From an archaeon (GTDB lineage Archaea > SpSt-1190 > DYHY01), in NCBI GenBank assembly GCA_037442745.1, contig JBBIPP010000002.1, positions 1 to 64,000 on the forward strand: a DNA stretch of 64,000 nt. The letters run 5' to 3'. A program made the position numbers and the translations under genes. Position 1 is the first letter of the stretch; every line of letters starts with the position of its first letter. Positions 47,501-56,500 of the stretch are shown here, one piece after another. A model generated the notes under the pieces. That model did no database searches. It was not told the origin of the DNA and worked only from the letters and a program-made list of their open reading frames with translations.

Positions 47501-50500
47501 GAACTCGACAATAATTGCGTCTGCCAGCCCTTCAGGCAGTTATGTTAATTCACAGTCGTCCATTATTTCCCCCCCAGCCTCCATATACTCCGCATTTCCG
47601 AACAGGACAACAACTTACCACAACTACACAGTAAGGATAAACTCAACGGACGAATTCTCAAGAAGAGTCCAAGTCTTCGGCGCTAGCGTAACCGCACATT
47701 CAGGCCTCTTCACAATTACCTGCCTGAACTCAAGCCTCTCAGACTGGTTCTGCCCAGTTCCGGCCGGAAGCCAGTTCACTGTCCGCACAAAAATCCCTGG
47801 ATATGTTTCCTCAAACATCTCCTCGACTGCCCCAGTTCCGTCCCAGAACCAGTTGAGGATAAAGAGCCAGAACCAGTTCACAATAATTGTCTATACCCGG
47901 GACTCTTTGGGAGGGTTCCCAGACATCAGGGGATCCGGGAACGTCACGTTCGGGGGACTTCAGTGCGTTAACAATTCCGTCGCGACTTTTGTATGGGGCT
48001 GCCCGATCCAATGGTCAAGCGCGGGATTTGCCACAGTAACCAATCCGGGAATAATCTCGTGGAACTCCTCCAACTACACCTCGAACGGGGAGGACGGCCC
48101 CCAGGTTCCGATTTTCGGGAACTTCAACTACACCCTTCTGGTAAATCTCACTGACGAGATTGGGAACGCGCTTTCTGGAGCGACCGTCAACTCAACCGGC
48201 CTCGAATTCCCCTGCCAGTTCGAGAGCCCCGGGAAATACCACTGCCCCGTTTCATCCCAGAATTCGACAGTCACTGCATCGAAAACCGGATATGTTAACA
48301 GGACCGCGGTTGCTGCAGGAATGTCGACTGCAGGACCCCAGCAAATCCTCCAACTTACAAGCTCGAACTCCTCAGGCCTAGAATACTCCGCCTCAATAAG
48401 GATAACAAGGGAGACAAACGACACCGGCTATCTCCAGGAAATGAGCGAGTTAATAGAATTCATTAACGCGACAAGCGGGGTCGCAATAGCTAATTCAGGA
48501 AACAGATCAGACATCTCTTCTCCGAACGTATTCCTCTTCGCTTTCCCGCCCGGGACGCAGAACATTATTGTCAGAAAGCCTGGCTATGTCGACCGGCTCA
48601 TCTCGATGGTGACGACTTCAGCAGTCCAACAGCAGGAAGTTACTGACCATAAATTCTCCCTGAGAATAGGCCTTTTCGCCGAAAACGGAACATCAATAAC
48701 TTCGGGCGCCATGCTCTATCCGTACAGCCATCACAGGAACACAACCGCCACAACTCCCTACTATTATTTCGCAATACCTTCCGGGTTCTCGACAGTCCAT
48801 GCCGGAAAAACAGGGTATGTCAACAACTCGACATCTGCCACAATCAACACAACCTACCCGAACAACCAGATGCAGCTGACGTTAATTCTCCCCACTTCCC
48901 TCAAAATTACCGCGCTCGACTGGGGAGGAGCTCCCCTGAACGGGACAACCGTAACACTGGCATATTCCTCAAACAGCACAATCCTTCTCCAGAGAAACAT
49001 GTCCTCTTCCGAGAATGTCGGATATTTCGACATCCCGGCAACAACGCCCGCATTAAACATTTCCGTTTCAAAGCAGGGGTATAACACCGCCGGCTTTTCC
49101 TTCCAGACCTTCTCAGAGTTCTTGCAAAATGCCCTCGTCACATCACAGGCCCAAGGAATAAACCTGACAATAACAGACTGGGCGGGCCTTCCGGTTTCAA
49201 ATGTAACTGTTCGCCTCTACAGGAACACTTTCTCCCCATCGGAAAAAATCGCGACATGCGTCACAACATCCGCCGGAACGTGCCAATTCACGCCAGATAA
49301 CGGCCCGGCAGATTCCGAGACAGCATTCTTCAATTCTTCACGCCTCTCCCGGGGGAACCTAATCTTAGTTGATGCGACAAAGCCAGGATTCGCCGGAATA
49401 CAGACAACCGGCCCTTCATATTATTACCAGAACCTTACGTCCCCTCTCCAAGCCGGGCAGTTCAGGATTTCCGGCAAAATTGTCCTTTTTGTCAGGAACT
49501 CGTGGAACGCGAGCCACGTTGCGAACGCGACAGTAACGCTTTCGAACCTCTCTGCATCCACAATTGCCCTCGGCCGGACGAACTCGACTGGTGGAAAGGA
49601 ATTCCTTCCGAATTATTATGCCTACGCCGATTCCACAGACAGCCAGCTCTCCCCCCAGGAAACAGCCCATTTGGCATCAATCTGGCCGACTGCTTCAAAG
49701 GCAGGGTATTCGAACAACACTACAATACTCTCCTTCAACTCGTCAAAGCTCTCTGAAATGACAATAATTCTTTCAGATTCCGAGCCACCCGTATTCTCGT
49801 TCTACTGGCCGGACGGCTCGGCATATAACGGGCTGGCCTCCTTGCCCTATCACGGAAACTCAGTCGGGTTCGAGAGGTTCAACGCAACATTCTCAGTCTC
49901 AGACCCGTACGGCTCGGACGGCTCCGGCCTCGCTCCGAACGGGATTAGATACAGGATTCTCAACTCGACCGGGGGGATTTTCCTCAGCTGGACTCTCCCC
50001 TCCTGCTCATCCGGAATCTGCAACTTTTCAATCCTAGGTACGGAGATTCCCGCTGGCAACTTTTCAATTGTCCTGAATTCGACTGACAATTCCGGGCTTT
50101 CGAACTCCACCAACTTTACAATCCTCTCAATACCTGTTGCGAATTCGACTGCAATAAACTTCTCGAAACCCTCCGCGTTCTCCCACGGCCTCGACTATTG
50201 GAACTTTTCGTTCGACCTCCTCCTGAAAGGGGACTATGCCCGGATGAAGCTCTCGGACTTTTCCGGAATAGCCGGAGGATACCTGAACATTACCGAATCC
50301 GGATGCCCGAACGGAGCCTGCGCAAGAATGTGGTACTACAATTCGAGCTGTCTCCCAGAGAGCGCTCCAGTTTCGAACGAGTACAATTCGACCTTCGTCC
50401 CGTCCGCATTCTGCGACACGAACATGACGACCCCGCACATCAAAGAGGCAAAAATCTTCCTCATTGTCTCAATTCCGCCAGGCGTTCCTTCGGACAGATA

Positions 50501-50540
50501 CAACGGAACTTACGGCTTTTCTGGAGGGGCGACTGACTAG
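44580..50540 (+). CDS. Giant secreted repeat surface protein A (1986 aa)
   Basis: Signal peptide. Ig-like DTTPP domains. About 90 aa repeats DE(F/L)G...C...WGCP...KxG(Y/F)V. Very many N-X-S/T sequons and no TM anchor. Confidence 0.85.
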   Translation: MKRNRAREAILALAVFALFLPAAFSADPTFSPSVDRPGFAVPEQLSTNQSNVYLEFYTGAIDLDPGGESATTTQIEISLPSIISATGTILSFPNPICPPGLSNPQIINNNTLRCVPRAGIGETGLSDGEDVTIALTISSIRESLGTNPHVVPITVTDSEGNSSTVNINFILQNRPSLLSSVALGFPGTVSKGQRDVPITFLTVNSADSPAALAEIDSVQTEVRDFLGALSGYSSYSQSPAGVSTLGSGEGVNLTFYIDIPLNASAGTLTQLFNLTVTDPNSQQKFTSGTVQNSTTVLNPPNLTTSLIINSTRFISRTYPYNTLNLTIRVNNSGQASANITGASLKFYDASGIDRSTEFTYTNTSSLNATIPANTLSDILFNITGIGSWGGGPINVNYTVSYVDSGSGVQYGPLSGNKSNAFGYDTTPPALSILGVKDIGGSLSAYFIRPTSPSVQINSTVTDSLSGTSSNCIVLFGNNNTRTTTDLSYSSGTCNGSVVAPAGPSLYGELPLKVVATDAVGNNATAVYSVFLYTLLVNTFDGITGAEVRNSSTLSDAIVGARNNTPGNQFFRCYANTELNSTRHFCGIPYGTVVNVSAYSPAYVWNQSQGNQTVCVGGSENIFACDTTTPALGRVYSKVHLLPNTLVIVNDEFGLPVAGFNITVTDSSSWLAYLSDGGAGDENSSAGAFLFPFDTAKRNAPFSIEFNIAPNYNNTGLSSWSQSFAPTNTSQTVIQKTSKYSVLFNLLDEFGSIVNRTGGSIVYNPDSEFGFYPVACIANPSDNHVFGCKIPSVAKISNTSYGSFGAPFSVEKPGFVSFRTLRLIPPMTPASGQINTTERANFTVIVQGMDAYNYSSIDYSKISSVETQFAGACSRNGTMSVWGCPSTVSDAYVNITPTNASGFLYSNISISPSALVQKVYQSLNNYSVEVETFDELAQRLVFQNISSVAFNGTISCVQNPLNSSNWGCPVPIASANSTIIASASPSGSYVNSQSSIISPPASIYSAFPNRTTTYHNYTVRINSTDEFSRRVQVFGASVTAHSGLFTITCLNSSLSDWFCPVPAGSQFTVRTKIPGYVSSNISSTAPVPSQNQLRIKSQNQFTIIVYTRDSLGGFPDIRGSGNVTFGGLQCVNNSVATFVWGCPIQWSSAGFATVTNPGIISWNSSNYTSNGEDGPQVPIFGNFNYTLLVNLTDEIGNALSGATVNSTGLEFPCQFESPGKYHCPVSSQNSTVTASKTGYVNRTAVAAGMSTAGPQQILQLTSSNSSGLEYSASIRITRETNDTGYLQEMSELIEFINATSGVAIANSGNRSDISSPNVFLFAFPPGTQNIIVRKPGYVDRLISMVTTSAVQQQEVTDHKFSLRIGLFAENGTSITSGAMLYPYSHHRNTTATTPYYYFAIPSGFSTVHAGKTGYVNNSTSATINTTYPNNQMQLTLILPTSLKITALDWGGAPLNGTTVTLAYSSNSTILLQRNMSSSENVGYFDIPATTPALNISVSKQGYNTAGFSFQTFSEFLQNALVTSQAQGINLTITDWAGLPVSNVTVRLYRNTFSPSEKIATCVTTSAGTCQFTPDNGPADSETAFFNSSRLSRGNLILVDATKPGFAGIQTTGPSYYYQNLTSPLQAGQFRISGKIVLFVRNSWNASHVANATVTLSNLSASTIALGRTNSTGGKEFLPNYYAYADSTDSQLSPQETAHLASIWPTASKAGYSNNTTILSFNSSKLSEMTIILSDSEPPVFSFYWPDGSAYNGLASLPYHGNSVGFERFNATFSVSDPYGSDGSGLAPNGIRYRILNSTGGIFLSWTLPSCSSGICNFSILGTEIPAGNFSIVLNSTDNSGLSNSTNFTILSIPVANSTAINFSKPSAFSHGLDYWNFSFDLLLKGDYARMKLSDFSGIAGGYLNITESGCPNGACARMWYYNSSCLPESAPVSNEYNSTFVPSAFCDTNMTTPHIKEAKIFLIVSIPPGVPSDRYNGTYGFSGGATD

Positions 50541-53500
50541 ATGGCAAAACTTGGCAAGAAATTGGCAACAATCCTCGCGTTGGCGCTCCTTATTGCAATC
50601 ATTTCCACCGGCTTTTCAGCCCCCTCTTTCACTGCAGAAATATCTCCCGAAATTGTCAGCACGAACCAGAACGTGACCTTTTCAGTAACTATTCAGAACA
50701 CAGGCTCAGAAACAATAACTGACGTAGTCATGCCTTTCAGCAGCTTCACGAGCGGAGTAATAACATATGCCAGTTGCCCATATTCAAATTTCCACGAGAC
50801 AATAATAAGCGGGGAAGGACTAAACGCCCTAATTTGCTCGGCGAGCGGAGGAACGGGGATAACTGCGGGAGGGTCTGCCCTACTTGTTGTTAACATCTCC
50901 TCAGCTCCGGGGAGCGTCCCCCAGACAAACCCTGTTGAAATACCAGTATCAGCATACAACTCAACCGGAGGCATTACAAGCGGCCAAGTCTATGTGACTG
51001 TTGAGAACGAAATATCCATTTCCGCAGAGGTTTCAACACCCCTCCCTCAGAGGGCCGTTTCAGGGCAGACCGGCCTCTCCGCGACATTCAGGGTTGACAA
51101 CAACGGGGATGCTGTCGCGCTCTCGGTAAACCCGAACATCTCAATACTCGCGCCCTACCAGTCAATAACCCCCTCAATAACCGCCGGCGGAAACATTAAC
51201 GGAGGAAGCTTCCGTAACTACATATCGAACTTCAACATTCCCTCCGGAACCTCTCCCGGGACACTCACACTTAGATTCAACGCAACCGGAATTGACGAAA
51301 ACAGCCTTTTCACTGATTTCACCTCAGAGACCTCCTTCACAACAGTCTATAGCCCGCCAATTGTCAACGTCTACTCAATAACCACGAACGCCTCGTTTGT
51401 CTCCACCAATTCTGAGCATTCGGTCGCAAGGCTCTCTGTTGTTGTTGGAATACCGGGCTCGCCATCGACAATATCGAACGCAAACATAAGCCTTGCGACA
51501 ATTCGGATTGTCTCAGGAACCGGGGCGGACGACAGCTCCGGATACACCTCCCCCCTTCGGACAGATTCCGTAACCGAACTTGTTCCTGGAATGAACGCTA
51601 CACTGACATTCGATGTCCGGACAACAAACCCTTCAGAAGGCCAGAAATTCGCAAACTTCACAATAAACTACTACGACGGGATATCTGGACAGATCCTGAA
51701 CCAAAGCGTCCTCAACAACAGGACAATATTCGCCGTTGATAGGACCTCACCTCAGGTTTCAGTCCTCTCAATATCCTCAACAGCAAACATCCAGAACTTC
51801 TTCCGGCAAGGGGAGACAATATCAATCAATTCCTCCGTTGCCGACACCTTTTCCGGAATATCAAGCCCACTTTGCGATGTTTTCATAGGTGGAATTTATG
51901 CGGGGACCTTGCCTCTGGTTGCCAACAGGTGCGAAGGGAGCGTCAATGTGCCGGAACACCCTTCCCTCTATGGCTCTGAGAACGTCGAAGTCAGGGTGAA
52001 AGATTCCGTTGGGAACGAAGGGACTGGTACAAAGGCAATAAGCATCTACACGCTTGTTGTCAATGCGACAGACGCCCTGACTGGCGCGGACATAAAGGAG
52101 GGAACTGACTTTTCCAACGCAACTGCTGTTGCGTTCAATTCCAGCGGGGGGAATCACTTCTCCTGCACAACCCTATTCGGGACAAAGAGCCAGCTTTGCG
52201 GAGTTCCGCTTGGGACAATTGTGAATGTCTCTCTCTCCTCACCAGCATATGTCACAAACAACCGGACTCTTGACGCATCGAGGATATGTGTTGGAATAGG
52301 AGATCTCAGCTCTTGCTCGGAAAACCTCCCTTCGGGCGGGGCGAATACAATATCAATAGCACTTGTGCCGAACACGAGAATAATAATCCTAAACGAGTTC
52401 AACCAGTCAATTCTCATGGGGAACGTTACTGTCAAGGATTCCGCAACAACCCCTTGGTACAAGCCCTTCATTGACGGGGGAAGCTTCGATTCCGACGGAA
52501 CTGTGAACGGCTCAGTAATAGCCCCTATTGACACTGGAAAGCACACAAGCCCGTTTGACATTAGGGCGAACCTCGATTCCCCGTTCAATCCGGGGTATCT
52601 CCAGGCAACCAATTCCGGATATGTGCCCTCCCAAGCGAGCCAGACTACCCTGACTCTTCGGCAGAAATTCACAATACTTGTAAGGGTATTTGACGAATTC
52701 AACTCGCCAATCCTCACTTCGACCGGCTCTGTTTCCTTCACGAACGCGAACGGAACAACACAATGCGTCCAGAACCACGCCAACCTCTCGGAATATGGAT
52801 GCCCTGTAATGACTGTTTCTGAAAATCCCCACCTTTTATCAGGAGGAAACGTCACTGTGGCCAAGCCGGGATATGTTACGAAAAAACTGACCGGAATTGT
52901 TCCTCCGGCAGACACCCAAAGCTCCCAAATCGCGCTCTCGACGAACCTTGACTTTAACCTCGGAGTCCGAGTCCTTGACCAGTTCGGAAACCTTTCCCTG
53001 ACAACAACAGAGATAGAGCGCGTATATGTGCAGTCAGGCAACTGCACTTATTCGGGCGGCTCCTGGGGATGCGCGGCGGTTGCCGGAGATGAGGTCGGGA
53101 TAACAATACTTCCCCGGCCCTCCAGCGGATATCTTAGAAGAGTCAGCCAGACAGTCCCATTTGTCGACTATGTAAAATCAAATGTCAACATAACAATTCC
53201 CTACACTCTTCTGCTTTCGGCGAGAGACGAGCTTTCCCGGAGCATTAACGGGACGAACGTCTCCTCAGTTACTTTCCTCTTTGGAGCGGGCATTTCCTGC
53301 AGAATGAATTCGACCGCATCTCCTTCCTGGGGATGCCCTGTCCCGGCGGGAACTGCTTCCGCAGGAATTTGGGTGAACGTCTCCCAAGCCTCAGGCAGGA
53401 TGAACCAGCTCCTCTCAGCACAGTCAATCCCGTCCGATGTATTTGGAAACCAAACAACCGTGTATTCCTCGAACAATTTCACTCTCCGCGTCCTTCCCCT

Positions 53501-56500
53501 GACCGAATTCGGAAACCAGCTTCCCCTCTCCGGCCTTGCAGTCGCATGGAACTCTGAAGCATGCATCCAGTCAGGAGCATACTGGTATTGCCCTGCTCCA
53601 GCGGAATCCCTCGCAAACATTTATTCTAGGGCGGACGGGTTCATTGACTTTTTGAACTCCTCAGTCACCGCTCCGGCAGTCTCGGGAACAAGGACTGAAC
53701 TGAACACATCGAACAAATACTCGATCCTTATAGGGACTTTTGACGAATTCTCAACTCCACGGAACTTCTCTTCCGGTTCCGTCTCTTTTGCCGGAGTAGC
53801 CTGCCAGGTGAATCCGTTGAGCCCCTATTACTGGGGCTGCCCGATACTCGGGGGAACTTCCGGGCAGGGAAGGATAGCGAAGGAAGGATTCGTCAACCAC
53901 ACAACCGGGACAATTGTCGCTCAGTTCGGGAACGGGACCCAAGGGATACTTTCTTCTGCAAACCAATTCACACTCAAGGCGACAATATACGACGAGCTTG
54001 GGTCCAACTTCTCATCAGGAGTTGTCCTTGCATCGAATTCAACGTGCGAGCAGTTCATCTCAGCCCCGAACAACACCTACTTCTGCCAGGCACGCCCCCC
54101 AGACTCGGCCCTGACAATAGCAAAGGCAGGGTTCGAGACATCAAGCTACTATGTATCAGGTCTAAGCGACGCCTCCCAAACGGCGGTCACAATAAACGGG
54201 ACAGGCTCGCCCAAGTATTCTGCGGTAATAACTGTCAGAAGGAATCCTTCCAGCGGGGATGAGAGCGCGCTTGCCGGCGCAATATTCCTCAACAGCACAA
54301 CCCGCGCCCAGATAATTCCCTCCTGGTCGAGCGGGAACAGGTATTACTTTTCCCTAGAAGCAGGGAATAATTCCCTCCTAATAAACAAGAGCGGATATGT
54401 TGAAAAGCTCTATTCCTTCTTAACAACTCCGGCAGCCCAGCATTCAGGAGAGGCAATAATAGACTATTCCCTCCGGGTCGAGATAATATCAGAGAACGGA
54501 ACTGGTGTCAGGGGGGCGACCCTTTCATCCAGCTCAGGAACGCCCTTCATTGAGGCGAACTCAGCTCCAAGCTACTATTCGGCAATTGATTCCGGGACAT
54601 ACTCCGTCCAGATGAGAAAGGCGGGGTTTGTGACAACAAGCCCGCAGGCTTTTTCAATAAACACGACATATCCATCAAACCAGACATTAGTCCGGCTGAC
54701 GCCCCTCTATACCCTCAAAATAATCTCCCTTGACTGGGGAGGGGCTCCCTTGAACGGGACAACCGCGAAAGCTACTGGGCAAGCCGAATTCACCGGAACC
54801 TCGAACGTAATTTATTTCGAGGCAAATCCCTTGACAACTCCCACGGCAGACGTCAATGTCTCGAAGAGCGGATATAACACAGTGTCCGCCAATGGAATAC
54901 CAATTTCCAACTCAAGCCAAAACGTAACATTTACTTACCATGCCCAGCAAATCTCTGCCAGGGCGGCCGGCTGGGACAACTCCCCAATTGACGGAGCAGT
55001 CCTCCGGCTCCACTACAACGGCACGGAAATAGCATCTTGCACTACCGGCTCCTACGGAAACTGCACATTCCTTTCAACAAACGGGGCATCGAACGATTCC
55101 TATTTCAACTCCTCAGAAATAGGGCTTGCCTCGAACATAACCGTTTCCGCAGAAAAATCCGGGGGCTATTACCGGGCGACATCCCTTGGAGAAGCATACT
55201 ATTACCAGAACTCAACCTCTCCCCTGTCAATTGGAACTGTTCGGATAGGAATACCTCCGAGAATAAGGGCTGTCCAGGCCTGGAACGCGTCCCTTCCGGT
55301 AGTTGGCGCGACAGTCGTGTTGTCAAACTCCACAGGAGCAATTGCGTCCAACTCGACTGATTCTGAGGGATATGCTGTCTTCATCCCGGACTTTTTGTCC
55401 GCGCCCTCGCAGTCCGACTATTTGATTTCAGGAACAGAAGCAGTTCAAGGGACTTTGTATTTCGACATATCAATGCTCGGATATTCCCCGGCCTCCGGGA
55501 ACTTTTACTTCAACGCAAGCGAGCAGGTGAATATGACAGTCCCCATGAACGATAGCCAGGCTCCCCTCGTGTCTCTAGGGTTCTCCGGAAGGAACGGGAG
55601 CGCACATGTTAAATTCGAAAACTTCAACCTCTCAATATATCTGGACGAAGTCTATTCAGGGGATTCCTCAGGAATTGACTATTCCCTTTCCCACTATAAC
55701 ATTACGTGGGAGAACGGGACACTTGTCAGGGGGCCCGTCAACCTGTCAGTCTGCCCCTCTCAAGCCCCGATTGGGGGATTGTGCAACCTGACCGGAGTCA
55801 ACGGATGGGATCTTCCTGTCGGTAACCTGACAGTGAACCTTTTCGCGAAAGACATTCAGGGCAACTCGAACTCGACAAATATCCCGTTCGTCTCAGAGCC
55901 GGGAATAAACGAGACATTCATCTTAATGGAGAGGGCTTCGGCTTCGAACTATGGAGGCGATTTTTTCCTCGTCACATGGGGCCTTGTAGTGAAGGGAACC
56001 CAAGGAAAGCTTCAGATATCGAACCTCGAACCAATAAACTGCACTTCCTGCCCGCCTTTCCCAATTTCCGGGTGGGCGAGCCTTCTCTATAACGATGTTG
56101 CGGGATGCGAAGGGGCCAAAAAACAGGCACAGGTGCGTAACACCTGGCCACTTGGCCAGACGCCCGCAGCCTTCTGCGACTATTCCCCAGGGACTCGGTA
56201 TGCGAGGGAACAGAACGTTACCCTGAAAATTCTGCTCCCTACAGGCCTCTCGAACGCCAAATACAACGCAACATATCTCTGGAAAGGGATGTACGAAGAT
56301 CTCCCGCCAACTAACCTGACAATTGTCGGGGTCAATGCATCAACCCTCTCGCCTGAAGCTGGGGAGAACTTTACAGTCACTGCAATTGTCTACGCAACGC
56401 CCGGAGCCTCGAGCGCCGACGAAGTTGTTGTCGGGCTCAATTCGTCCGAGGGATCCCCGATTTATTCGGCGGGAATAGGCGCCCTCTCGTTGAGCAACCT

